From the NCBI GenBank assembly GCA_947589375.1, contig CANQAO010000001.1, forward strand, positions 1-37,051: DNA of 37,051 bases. Reading direction: 5' to 3'. The position numbers and the translations under genes were made by a program. Under the pieces are notes generated by a model that was given only the letters and a program-made list of their open reading frames with translations, did no database searches and was not told where the DNA came from. The stretch comes from an uncultured Bacilli bacterium. GTDB taxonomy: Bacteria > Bacillota_I > Bacilli_A > RF39 > UBA660. Of this stretch, positions 1-8,748 are shown piece after piece (position 1 is the stretch's first letter; every line of letters starts with the position of its first letter).

Positions 1-44
1 TCATTATATATATTTATTTTATCTTCGTAACTCAATTTACTCAT
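1..44 (-). CDS. Partial CDS, first 14 codons only (MSKLSYEDKINIYN...); it continues past the left edge. Function unknown.
   Basis: ATG is at 42-44 on the complement strand, with GAGG 7 nt upstream and an open frame to the window edge. Too short to assign. It faintly resembles the N-terminus of HTH/IS3-type OrfA proteins, but that is not supportable from 14 residues. Confidence 0.3.
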   Translation of the reverse strand, partial: MSKLSYEDKINIYN

Positions 45-45
45 A

Positions 46-81
46 TAAAAAACCTCGTTTCTATGTCCAAGAAACGGGGTT
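46..81 (-). terminator. Probable rho-independent terminator downstream of the m5C methyltransferase gene
   Basis: Inverted repeat aacctcgtttct (51-62) / agaaacggggtt (70-81) with a 7-nt loop. On the minus-strand transcript it is followed by UUUU (47-50). Confidence 0.5.
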
Positions 82-96
82 CATATCATTTATTTA

Positions 97-987
97 TTAT
101 TTCTTTTTTATTTTGATGATAAAAAACCCTTCATATAATTCACTTGGTTTTATACAGATTGCTCCTTTAATATTAACTGGTAATAAAGGTATTTCGGGAA
201 ATTGTTTTAAATCAATCGGTTCTATTTTTATATTTTCATTTAAAATACTATTAATTATATTTTCATTTTCTTCTTTTAAAATTGAACAAGTTGAGTAAAC
301 TAATTCGCCACCTTGTTTTAAATGACTTAAAGCTTTTGTTAATAATTCTTTTTGAATTTTTATTGATCTATTTATTAACTCTTCATTTATATATATTTTT
401 TCATTTAAGTTTATCGTTCCACTACCACTACAAGGAGCATCTAATAAAATCTTGTCAAACAGAAAAAATTCATCTAAATTACGGGCATCTATTTGCATTA
501 CTGTCGTTTTTTTAGTGCCTTGTTTTTCAATATTATATTTTAGTCTTTCTGCTCTGATTTTATTTTTTTCACATGCTGTTATTAAAGCTTTACCATTTGA
601 TAAACACGATAATTGGGTTGTTTTTCCACCTGGCGCGGCAGCCATATCTAAAATACTTTCTCCCGCTTTAGGATTTACAATAATGGCGGGAATCATTGAT
701 GATAAACTTTGAAGATAAATTTTTCCGTCTTTATAAATATTTAATTTTCTTATATCATCCTCTTTAGCATTTTCAATAACAAAAGCTTCATTATACCAGG
801 GAACTTTAGTAAATTTTATTTTAGCATTTATAAGTTCTTTTTCTACTGCTTCTGCTTTCGTTTTTAGAATATTTATTCTAAAAGTGACTGGTTTTGTTTT
901 TTCATAACTTTTTAAAATATCATTAATATCTTTCGGATATTCTTCCTTTATTTTTTTAGATAAAAATTCTGGTATTTGCTTATTCAT
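97..987 (-). CDS. NOL1/NOP2/Sun (RsmB/RsmF-like) SAM-dependent RNA cytosine-C5 methyltransferase
   Basis: 296-aa ORF with the SAM-binding motif DMAAAPGGKT and the two catalytic-Cys motifs DAPCSGSG and YSTCS that typify RNA m5C methyltransferases. Confidence 0.85.
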   Translation of the reverse strand: MNKQIPEFLSKKIKEEYPKDINDILKSYEKTKPVTFRINILKTKAEAVEKELINAKIKFTKVPWYNEAFVIENAKEDDIRKLNIYKDGKIYLQSLSSMIPAIIVNPKAGESILDMAAAPGGKTTQLSCLSNGKALITACEKNKIRAERLKYNIEKQGTKKTTVMQIDARNLDEFFLFDKILLDAPCSGSGTINLNEKIYINEELINRSIKIQKELLTKALSHLKQGGELVYSTCSILKEENENIINSILNENIKIEPIDLKQFPEIPLLPVNIKGAICIKPSELYEGFFIIKIKKK

Positions 988-1034
988 ATTTCACTTCCTT
1001 TCAAAATTATATCACAAAAAAAGGATAAAATTGT

Positions 1035-2702
1035 TTATTTATCCTTATTAATTTTAAATGTTGCTTGATAACTATTTTGTAAATCTATTTCATCAACATC
1101 AATATAATATCCCATTTTTTCAATTTCATTGGCGCAATTTCTAATAATTTTAATAACTTCAGCAAAATTAGAACTTGCATCTATGGTCTGTGGAGCTTTA
1201 GTTTCTAAAATATCAGCTGGAGGAATTGGCACTGAAGTTGGAGCTGGCTGAGCAATCGTTTGAGGTTCATTAACCAATGGCGCTGATTGCACTAATTCAT
1301 TATATAAAGATTGATTGTTTGCCGTCGGACCCATAGCCGGAGATTCTGGTTGTAAAGATGGTTCCACTGGCTTTTCAGGTAAATCAGAATTTATAGCTCT
1401 TTGAACAGCCGCAGCAATAGCGGCATTATTATTTACTATCGGTTTTTCTTCTTTAACAAAAGCGGTTGGTGCTGGTTCAGAAATATTTAAAGATGGTTCC
1501 ACTAGCGGAACTTGTTGCGAAGTTGACATAGTAGTCTGAGCTTCTATAGGTGTTGAAGTTTCCACTGGTGTATCATTCATGGTTAAAGATTCTGGTTTCG
1601 GAGTTTCAGCTGGTTGCTGTAAATCAGTAGGTGTAAAATTAAACATTGAATCAAAACTCGTAGTGTTTGGTTGTGCAGGAGCTGGGGCTGGAGTTGGTGC
1701 AGGATTTTCAGCCGCAATTCCAGCAAAATTTACAAATTTATTTTGTTCATCATTTACTAAAGGAATATCGGGATTATTGGCAGGTTTTGGAGTTTCAGTT
1801 ACTTCTGGGGCTGGCTGAGGATTATTTATTCCTTCTAAAACACTAGGTGAATCTGGTGTTTGTTTCATTAATCCCGTAATATCTTTTTCTTCAGATGGAA
1901 CATTAATATCTTGGGCTTCTTGCATTATTTTATCTATATCCATATTTTTTTCCTCCCTTTTTATTCTTTCGTTTATTTCTTGTGGTGGATTAACTTTAAT
2001 AATATCATGACTAGCAACTGCTACCGCTCTTCGAGGTTTTCGTGGGAGTGGTGTAGCAAATAATTCTTCGATTTCCTTATCATTAGTTGGTGCGGGAGCT
2101 TCTAAAAGCTCTTTGATGGCATCGTCAGTTCTTTTTACGGTTAATCTTTCATTAATAATGCGATTTAGCATTTGTACTTGATCTTGGTTATTGTGAATTC
2201 TAAGTAGTGAACGAGCATGTCTTTCGGAAATTTTTCCGTTTAATAAAGCATATTGAACTTCGTCATCTAAGTTTAACAATCTTATTTTATTAGCTATTGT
2301 TGATTGGGATTTTCCAAGTTTTTTTGCAAGTTCTTCTTGTGTAATATAACCCATATCTAAAATTCTTTTATATGATACAGCTTCTTCAATCGGGGTTAGA
2401 TTTTGTCTTTGAACATTTTCCAGTAAAGCAATTTCTTCACTTTCTTTATCGGTTAGATTTATCACGATAGTGGGAATTACACTTTTACCAGCTAATCTAC
2501 TAGCTTTAAATCTTCTTTCACCGGCAATAATTTCATATTTATTACCAATTTGGCGCACAATAATCGGTTCAATGACACCATATTTACGAATAGATTCAGC
2601 TAATTCATTTAATTTATTATCATCAAAATGAATGCGTGGTTGAAATCTATTTGGCAAAATATCATTCATATTTAAGTAAGTAAAATTGCTGCCATTTTCC
2701 AT
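1035..2702 (-). CDS. ParB/Noc-family nucleoid-binding protein (Noc-like) with a long disordered insertion
   Basis: 555 aa. The N-terminal ParB/Srx domain has PNRFQPR and GERRFKAS (arginine patch, aa 61-68). The HTH region reads LGKSQSTIANKIRLLNL...ISERHARSLL (aa 121-167). Aa ~201-510 are low-complexity P/T/E/Q/A/N-rich. Aa 511-555 (VIKIIRNCANEIEKMGYYIDVDEIDLQNSYQATFKI) resemble the Noc/ParB C-terminal dimerisation domain. It lies directly downstream of rsmG, where noc sits in Bacillus. Confidence 0.9.
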   Translation of the reverse strand: MENGSNFTYLNMNDILPNRFQPRIHFDDNKLNELAESIRKYGVIEPIIVRQIGNKYEIIAGERRFKASRLAGKSVIPTIVINLTDKESEEIALLENVQRQNLTPIEEAVSYKRILDMGYITQEELAKKLGKSQSTIANKIRLLNLDDEVQYALLNGKISERHARSLLRIHNNQDQVQMLNRIINERLTVKRTDDAIKELLEAPAPTNDKEIEELFATPLPRKPRRAVAVASHDIIKVNPPQEINERIKREEKNMDIDKIMQEAQDINVPSEEKDITGLMKQTPDSPSVLEGINNPQPAPEVTETPKPANNPDIPLVNDEQNKFVNFAGIAAENPAPTPAPAPAQPNTTSFDSMFNFTPTDLQQPAETPKPESLTMNDTPVETSTPIEAQTTMSTSQQVPLVEPSLNISEPAPTAFVKEEKPIVNNNAAIAAAVQRAINSDLPEKPVEPSLQPESPAMGPTANNQSLYNELVQSAPLVNEPQTIAQPAPTSVPIPPADILETKAPQTIDASSNFAEVIKIIRNCANEIEKMGYYIDVDEIDLQNSYQATFKINKDK

Positions 2703-2735
2703 AAAGTGCCCTCCCCTCTATATTCTTCCATTATC

Positions 2736-2764
2736 ATAATACTATTTTTTGGGAAATAATTCAA
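2736..2764 (-). promoter_or_regulatory. Candidate sigma-A promoter for the ParB/Noc-like gene
   Basis: On the minus strand: TTGAAT (2759-2764), a 17-nt spacer, then TATTAT (2736-2741). The RBS GAGGGGAGGG precedes the ATG at 2702. Confidence 0.4.
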
Positions 2765-2808
2765 CATTTTTTTGAAACTTTATGAAAAAAACCTCTATAA
2801 ACTTCTAT

Positions 2809-3507
2809 TTATAAAGGTTTTTTCTTAATTTCGGCAAATCTTCGAGGATATTTCCCGGGAGTATTTCCCAATTTTTGATATTTAATAATTGTTCGTTGAC
2901 TATTTTCGATTGGTAATAAAAATTTATTTTCTTCTTCAAGTTTTAAATTTAATTTTTGTGCGGCTTCTTTACTTTCTTTAGCTTCTTCGCTTCCTTTCAT
3001 GGCAATAAAATATTTAGAAACTTTAACTAAAGGCGCACAATATTCAAGCAGGATATTTAAAGGTGCCACAGCCCGCGCCGTTACAACATCGTATTTTTCT
3101 CTATTTTTTAAGGCATATTCTTCAGCCCGCGTATGAATAATCGTAACGTCTTTTAAAGCTAACTGTTTACATACTTCATTTAAGAAAATAATCCTTTTAT
3201 TTAAAGCATCAATTAAAGTTATCTTTAAATGAGGAAAACAAATTTTTAAAACTATGCCGGGAAATCCCGCCCCTGTGCCCACATCACATAAGGTGGCAAT
3301 CTTTGTCAAATCGATTACTTTAGCTATTGTTAAACTATCATAAAAATGTTTTAAATAAACGTCTTTTTGATCAGTAATCGCCGTTAAATTTATTTTTTCA
3401 TTCCAACTAATGAGTAAATGATAGTATTTTTCTAGCTTTTTTAACATTTCATCAGTAATATTAATATTCATCTTTTTAACTTCATTTATAAATAAATTTT
3501 TATCCAT
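2809..3507 (-). CDS. rsmG: 16S rRNA (guanine527-N7)-methyltransferase RsmG (GidB)
   Basis: 232 aa with the DVGTGAGFPGI SAM motif. It follows mnmG with an 8-nt overlap, the canonical mnmE-mnmG-rsmG order. Confidence 0.95.
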   Translation of the reverse strand: MDKNLFINEVKKMNINITDEMLKKLEKYYHLLISWNEKINLTAITDQKDVYLKHFYDSLTIAKVIDLTKIATLCDVGTGAGFPGIVLKICFPHLKITLIDALNKRIIFLNEVCKQLALKDVTIIHTRAEEYALKNREKYDVVTARAVAPLNILLEYCAPLVKVSKYFIAMKGSEEAKESKEAAQKLNLKLEEENKFLLPIENSQRTIIKYQKLGNTPGKYPRRFAEIKKKPL

Positions 3508-5359
3508 GATAATCCCTCTTTAAATAAATCATCAATATTGAAATATCCGCTGGATTGACACCACTAATCCGCAAAGCTTGACCTAGCGAAGTAGGCCTTA
3601 TTTCTTTTAATTTTTGTTTGGCTTCACTAGCTAAATTATGCATTGCATCGTAATCGATATCACTAGGTATTTTTTTATCTTCAAGTTCGTTCATTTTCAT
3701 AGCTTCTTTTTTAGCTTTTTGAATATAGCCGGCATATTTTATATCAATATTTACTTGTTCTAAAACATCATCATTATAATTATTAGCTAAAAACTTAGTT
3801 AAAGATTCAATGGTAATTTCAGGCCTTTTTAATAAGTCGTATAAAGTAATTCCATCTTTTATTTCTTTAGTGTTTAATTGTTTTAAAAAGTCATTATCTT
3901 TTGGCGTTAATTTTTTAGTTTGTAATTCTTTGGTTAAAACTTTTATACTTTCTTTTTTCTTTAAAAAATTATGATATCTAGTTTCATCAATAAGACCGAC
4001 TTTATAACCATATTCTCTTAATCTTAAATCAGCGTTATCGTGTCTTAATAACAAACGATATTCGGCGCGTGAAGTTAAAAGACGATATGGATCTCTTATT
4101 CCTTTGGTAACTAAATCATCAATTAATACGCCGATATAAGCTTCGTTTCTTTTTAAAATCAAAGGCTTTTTTCCTTCTAATTTTAAAGCAGCATTAATGC
4201 CAGCAATTAATCCTTGACAAGCGGCTTCTTCATAGCCACTAGTACCATTAATTTGACCAGCTGAATATAAATTTTCAATTATTTTAGTTTCTAAAGATTG
4301 TTTTAATTGGGTTGGATAAATAGAATCATATTCAATCGCATAAGCATATTTTAAAATTTTAGCTTTTTCTAATCCTGGTAAGCTATGAACCATTTCTTCT
4401 TGGACATCATAAGGCATAGATGTGGAAAAACCTTGCAGATATATGTCATCATAATAGATACTTTCGGGTTCCAAAAATAATTGATGCTTTTCTTTATCGG
4501 CAAAACGGACGACTTTATCTTCGATTGAAGGGCAGTATCTAGGTCCTACTCCCTTTATATCATTTAAACCCCCATACATACTAGATTTTTTTAAGTTTTT
4601 ATTTATAATTTCATGAGTTTTGGCGGTTGTATAGATTAAATGACAAGGTATTTGGTTATCAATATCATATTTTGGCTTTAAATCAAAACTAAATGTATGA
4701 TATACATTATCACCATTTTCCACTTTCATTTTAGTAAAATCGATAGAATCTTTAGCAATTCTTGGTGGGGTACCGGTTTTTAATCTTTTTAAAATAAAAC
4801 CTAATTCTTCTAGGTTTTCACTTAAATAATTCGATGGTTTTTCCCCATGTGGTCCTTCTCTTCGCCTCGTACTACCAACTAAAATATCGGCTTTCATATA
4901 AGTACCTGTAGTTAAGATAACAGCCTTAGCTTTTATTTGGCGATCATCTTCTAAAATAACCCCTTCACATTTACCACTCTTGACAATTAACTTTTTTACT
5001 AAAGCTTCTAAAATATCTAAATTTGCCGTTTTGTTTAAAGTTTTAAGCATTTCTTTGGGATAAGTAATTTTATCAGCTTGGGCTCTTAAAGCTCTTACCG
5101 CTGGTCCTTTAGCACTATTTAACATTTTTATTTGTAATAGACTTTTATCGGCATTTTTTCCCATTTCACCGCCTAAGGCATCGATTTCTCTGACGACGAT
5201 TCCTTTCGCACTCCCACCTATTGATGGATTACAAGGCATATCGGCAATATTATTGATATTTCCCGTAACCAGTAAAGTCTTATGGCCTTTTCGAGCGGAA
5301 GCTAAAGCGGCTTCACAGCCAGCATGGCCACCACCAACGACGATTATTTCGTAATTCAT
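3500..5359 (-). CDS. mnmG: tRNA uridine 5-carboxymethylaminomethyl modification enzyme MnmG (GidA)
   Basis: FAD motif VVGGGHAGCEAA and full-length similarity to GidA. The start is placed at the ATG giving MNYEIIVVGGG (AGGTGG RBS upstream), not the longer track ORF that starts at 5383. Confidence 0.96.
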   Translation of the reverse strand: MNYEIIVVGGGHAGCEAALASARKGHKTLLVTGNINNIADMPCNPSIGGSAKGIVVREIDALGGEMGKNADKSLLQIKMLNSAKGPAVRALRAQADKITYPKEMLKTLNKTANLDILEALVKKLIVKSGKCEGVILEDDRQIKAKAVILTTGTYMKADILVGSTRRREGPHGEKPSNYLSENLEELGFILKRLKTGTPPRIAKDSIDFTKMKVENGDNVYHTFSFDLKPKYDIDNQIPCHLIYTTAKTHEIINKNLKKSSMYGGLNDIKGVGPRYCPSIEDKVVRFADKEKHQLFLEPESIYYDDIYLQGFSTSMPYDVQEEMVHSLPGLEKAKILKYAYAIEYDSIYPTQLKQSLETKIIENLYSAGQINGTSGYEEAACQGLIAGINAALKLEGKKPLILKRNEAYIGVLIDDLVTKGIRDPYRLLTSRAEYRLLLRHDNADLRLREYGYKVGLIDETRYHNFLKKKESIKVLTKELQTKKLTPKDNDFLKQLNTKEIKDGITLYDLLKRPEITIESLTKFLANNYNDDVLEQVNIDIKYAGYIQKAKKEAMKMNELEDKKIPSDIDYDAMHNLASEAKQKLKEIRPTSLGQALRISGVNPADISILMIYLKRDYHG

Positions 5360-5367
5360 TATACCAC

Positions 5368-6717
5368 CTATTTTCCCACGCAAAAGCGCTTAAATATTTG
5401 ATCAATTAGTTCTTCTTCATAAGTTTCACCGATGATAAAACCTAATAAATTCCAAATGTTTTTTAAATCGATTTCAATCATATCTAAGGTAAAACCTTGG
5501 TTTAAGCCTTGTTTTACCTCTTTGATAGCTTCCCTTACTTTATTTAATATGGATAGAGATCGGGCACTACCTAAATAACTCATATCTTCAGTTTCGATTT
5601 CTTCTAAATTAAATAATTCTTTTATTTTATTAGTAATTCCATCAATGTTGATATTATTCAATGCACTTACATAGACTTTGTTTTGTAAATTTTCATCATC
5701 GATTTTTTTCGCTAAATCACATTTGTTGATTATCGTTATATATTTTTTATCTTTTATTTGATTAATTATCTTTTTATCATCTTCCGTTAATTTTTCATTA
5801 TAATTTAGGACTAATAAAACTAGATCAGCATCATTTACTAATTTTAAACTTTTTTCCACACCAAGACTTTCGACTAAATCTTTCGTTTTTCTAATGCCAG
5901 CGGTATCGATAAGGTTTAAAATAATATTATCTAATATTAATGTCGCTTCGACACTATCTCTTGTTGTCCCTTGAATTTCCGTGACAATGGCTTTATCTTC
6001 ACCGATTAAATTATTAAGTAAACTACTTTTACCAACATTAGGTCTTCCGACAATTACGGTTTTAATTCCATTTTTTAAAAGTTCGCCATTTTTACTTTCA
6101 AGACATATTTTTTTGATTTTAGTTTCTAAATTATCCATACTAGAACTTATTTTAGATACTGTCATTTCTTCAATATCTTCATATTCAGGATAGTTTAAAT
6201 TAACTTCGATATTAGCTAAAATCGCGGCTAAATCATTTCTTAAATCTTTGATTAAATTAGAGGCTTTGCCATTTATTTGATTGATGGCCATTTGGGAAGC
6301 TTTTTCTGTTTTCGCATTTATTAAATCCATAATTCCTTCAGCTTCGGTTAAATCGATTCTTCCGTTTAAAAAAGCTCGTTTAGAAAATTCACCAGGTTCA
6401 GCTAAACGACAACCATTTGAAAGGAGTATTTCCAAAACTTTATTAGTAGCGACAATACCCCCATGAGTATTTATTTCCACAACATCTTCTTTAGTAAAAG
6501 TTTTAGGCGCCAGCATCTTAGATACTAATACCTCATCGATTTTTTCATCATTATTGGTAATATATCCATAATGAATTGTATGTGATGGAGCGGTTTTAAA
6601 CTTTTTATTACTAAAAATCTTACTAACAATTTCTATAGCTTCACTTCCACTAACTCTTATTATCGAAATAGCCCCGACTCCTTGCGCGGTAGATATAGCG
6701 GCAATAGTATCGTTCAT
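5368..6717 (-). CDS. mnmE: tRNA modification GTPase MnmE (TrmE)
   Basis: 449 aa with the G-domain motifs GRPNVGKSS, DTAGIR and NKCD, and the C-terminal FCVGK motif. Confidence 0.96.
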   Translation of the reverse strand: MNDTIAAISTAQGVGAISIIRVSGSEAIEIVSKIFSNKKFKTAPSHTIHYGYITNNDEKIDEVLVSKMLAPKTFTKEDVVEINTHGGIVATNKVLEILLSNGCRLAEPGEFSKRAFLNGRIDLTEAEGIMDLINAKTEKASQMAINQINGKASNLIKDLRNDLAAILANIEVNLNYPEYEDIEEMTVSKISSSMDNLETKIKKICLESKNGELLKNGIKTVIVGRPNVGKSSLLNNLIGEDKAIVTEIQGTTRDSVEATLILDNIILNLIDTAGIRKTKDLVESLGVEKSLKLVNDADLVLLVLNYNEKLTEDDKKIINQIKDKKYITIINKCDLAKKIDDENLQNKVYVSALNNINIDGITNKIKELFNLEEIETEDMSYLGSARSLSILNKVREAIKEVKQGLNQGFTLDMIEIDLKNIWNLLGFIIGETYEEELIDQIFKRFCVGK

Positions 6718-6789
6718 AATCGCACCTCCTTAAATATCTACGGCTTATTTTACATCATATTCTATTATTAGTCAAAGAAAAAGAAGAAA

Positions 6790-7404
6790 TTAATCTTCTT
6801 TATATTTTATAACTGTATATCTATTAGGCGCTTCTCCTTCAGATTCACTATAAAGTTTATCAAATTTTGATACCACATTATGAACTATTCTTCTTTCATA
6901 AGAGTTCATCGGATCTAATTTAACTTCGACTTTAGTTTTTAAAACTTCTTTACAGATTTTCTTGATTTCAAAAGCTAAATGTTTTTCTTTTCGAGCTTTA
7001 TAATTAGAAATATCAAGATTTACTTTAAAGTCAAAATTACCATATTTCTTTAAACTTTGACGTAATAGCGTTTGAATACTATTTAAGGTTTTGCCATCTT
7101 TACCAATTAACATCGCACTATCATCAGTAACAATAATAACGGAAAAACCTACTTCACTACTCATAACTTCAAGATTAAATTTCGTGTTCATTTTATGCGC
7201 GAGTTCTTTTAAAAATTCTTTGATATATTCTTTAACCGCGTATTTCGTAGTCACAACTGAAATATATTTTTTACCTTTGAATAATCCACCTTCAGTTTCT
7301 TCAAAATAATAATATACTTCATCTTCACGGACATTTAATTGTTCTAGACTTTTATTTAAGGCCTCTTCTTTATTCTTAGCTTCGTTTCTTACTACTTCTA
7401 ACAT
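6790..7404 (-). CDS. jag: Jag/KhpB (EloR) family RNA-binding protein (Jag_N-KH-R3H)
   Basis: 204 aa with a KH-like core (IGKDGKTLNSIQ) and a C-terminal R3H-type motif (ERRIVH). It sits downstream of yidC, the conserved yidC-jag pairing, and overlaps the yidC 3' end by 29 nt. Confidence 0.85.
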   Translation of the reverse strand: MLEVVRNEAKNKEEALNKSLEQLNVREDEVYYYFEETEGGLFKGKKYISVVTTKYAVKEYIKEFLKELAHKMNTKFNLEVMSSEVGFSVIIVTDDSAMLIGKDGKTLNSIQTLLRQSLKKYGNFDFKVNLDISNYKARKEKHLAFEIKKICKEVLKTKVEVKLDPMNSYERRIVHNVVSKFDKLYSESEGEAPNRYTVIKYKED

Positions 7405-8365
7405 CTTTATGCCTCCTTATAATTAAAGTTTGAATAATTGTAAATAAGCTTCCAGTTATCCAATAAATAATGATACTTGTTGACATTGTGAAAGAAACAA
7501 AGGTGATAAAAATCATCATTATATTCATCATTAATTTCATTTGTTTTTCTTGTTCGGGATTACCCATATTCATACCTGAATTCATCTTAAATGAGAAGAA
7601 AGTGGCAAGCCCAACGGCGATTGGTAAAAGGATATATACCCATGAACCAGTACTAAATGAATTAATAAAATGACCAAAATCTAAACTTGTACCAAATAAA
7701 GCATTAAATGGACTGGTACCTAAATTATAAATTAAGAAATTACCTTCAAAGACCGCTGGAATGCGATAGAGACTTTCTAAGAAAGCAAAGAATAATGGAA
7801 ACTGGATAAAAGCAAATAAACAACCAGACATGGGATTGATATTATGTTTCTTATATATCTGCATCATCTCTTGCGCTTTCATCATCTGATCTTGCTGGCT
7901 ATTGCGATTACGATATTTATTTTCTAAACGTTGTAAATCTTTTGAAGCTTCTTTCATACCTTCCGATTGCATCGCCGATTTTTTACTGATTGGGAAAATA
8001 ATCATCCGAATAATAAGGGTAACGATAATAATCGCTAAACCAAAGTTTTTAACGATTTCCCCAATTTGAATAATAAGCCAGCTCAATGGTTTGATAAATA
8101 AAGTACTCCATATGCCTTCATAACCACCATTAGCCGGCGTAAATTTCGCACATTTTGGAAGTTTTTCAACTTTAACATCATTTTTTTTGTAAGTTTTTAA
8201 TACATCTTCATTCTCGGGCTGACATAAAATATTCGAAACCAAATTTTGACCAGTAGTTGGTTCTTTAACCACCATGCCTTTATCATTTTTTAAATATTGC
8301 GTACATCCAGTTAAAGATAAGGTCATAATCAGCAAAAGAACGACTATTACTTTTTTCTTATGCAT
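7376..8365 (-). CDS. yidC: Membrane protein insertase YidC (SpoIIIJ/YqjG-type lipoprotein)
   Basis: 329 aa with a signal peptide and lipobox LSLTGC, multiple TM segments and a basic C-terminal tail. It follows rnpA in the conserved order. Confidence 0.9.
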   Translation of the reverse strand: MHKKKVIVVLLLIMTLSLTGCTQYLKNDKGMVVKEPTTGQNLVSNILCQPENEDVLKTYKKNDVKVEKLPKCAKFTPANGGYEGIWSTLFIKPLSWLIIQIGEIVKNFGLAIIIVTLIIRMIIFPISKKSAMQSEGMKEASKDLQRLENKYRNRNSQQDQMMKAQEMMQIYKKHNINPMSGCLFAFIQFPLFFAFLESLYRIPAVFEGNFLIYNLGTSPFNALFGTSLDFGHFINSFSTGSWVYILLPIAVGLATFFSFKMNSGMNMGNPEQEKQMKLMMNIMMIFITFVSFTMSTSIIIYWITGSLFTIIQTLIIRRHKDVRSSKKRS

Positions 8366-8366
8366 C

Positions 8367-8702
8367 TTAATTCTCCTTTGTTATTTTTAATATTTCTAAG
8401 GCTTTAAATAAATTTTCTTCCATTTCTTTAAAACTCTTATTTAAAATCCCCTTGCTTACTATTATAATACAATTAAAGTTATTTTGATAGTTTTTTTTAT
8501 CAATTATATTCTTTAATCTTCTTTTATACTTATTTCTAGTAACAGCATTGCCAATTTTTTTACCGACAGAAAAGCCAAATTTATAAGGGGCAGCAGTATT
8601 TTTTTCTAGATAAATAATATAATCTTTATATTTAAAAGCCGTATTGGATTTTATTATGCGATTAAAATCTTCATTTTTTTTTAAAATATTTATTTTTTTC
8701 AT
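8367..8702 (-). CDS. rnpA: Ribonuclease P protein component
   Basis: Basic ~111-aa protein with the RNR-type motif (AVTRNKYKRRLK) in the rpmH-rnpA-yidC order. The start is placed at the ATG (MKKINIL) 5 nt after AGGTGA rather than the upstream GTG used by the track. Confidence 0.9.
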   Translation of the reverse strand: MKKINILKKNEDFNRIIKSNTAFKYKDYIIYLEKNTAAPYKFGFSVGKKIGNAVTRNKYKRRLKNIIDKKNYQNNFNCIIIVSKGILNKSFKEMEENLFKALEILKITKEN

Positions 8703-8748
8703 TTCAATCACCTAATATTTTAAAACCACTGCTTGCCAGTGGTCATAA

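Noticed and set aside
1-44. The left-edge partial ORF as the start of an IS3-type transposase (mobile element)
   Set aside because: Only 14 codons are visible. The resemblance (M.KL.YE.K..IY) is anecdotal and no inverted repeat is present, so it is reported only as an unknown partial CDS.
113-712. Track ORFs 113-298, 282-515 and 452-712 (+), and similar short antisense ORFs elsewhere. Those include 5981-6193, 6281-6466, 7091-7309, 7470-7673, 9388-9618, 10212-10460 and 13404-13652. They also include 13783-14082, 14633-14932, 15788-16051, 17205-17549, 21351-21692 and 21732-21926. The rest are 22472-22675, 25691-25963, 29125-29337, 30501-30698 and 36608-36796.
   Set aside because: All lie entirely within, and antisense to or out of frame with, long well-conserved genes. 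They have low-complexity, hydrophobic translations typical of AT-rich shadow ORFs and lack RBS-like sequences.
1579-1818. The Gly/Ala-rich 79-aa ORF on the plus strand inside the ParB/Noc-like gene
   Set aside because: It is the mirror image of the Pro/Ala/Thr-rich linker codons on the coding strand (CCN/GCN/ACN read as NGG/NGC/NGT). It is a shadow ORF.
2849-3265. Noc-binding-site-like sequences near the Noc-like gene: atttcccgggagta (2849-2862) and ctatgccgggaaat (3252-3265), each 11/14 to ATTTCCCGGGAAAT
   Set aside because: Each has only one good half-site. Both lie inside rsmG, where the CCCGGG cores are explained by coding for conserved Pro-Gly motifs (TPGKY and GFPG). They are not convincing without genome-wide statistics or binding data.
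8725-8742. The hairpin ccactg-cttgc-cagtgg between rpmH and rnpA as a terminator or RNase P-related regulatory element
   Set aside because: The stem is only 6 bp with no following U-run on the transcribed (minus) strand. rpmH-rnpA are normally co-transcribed, so the evidence is insufficient.
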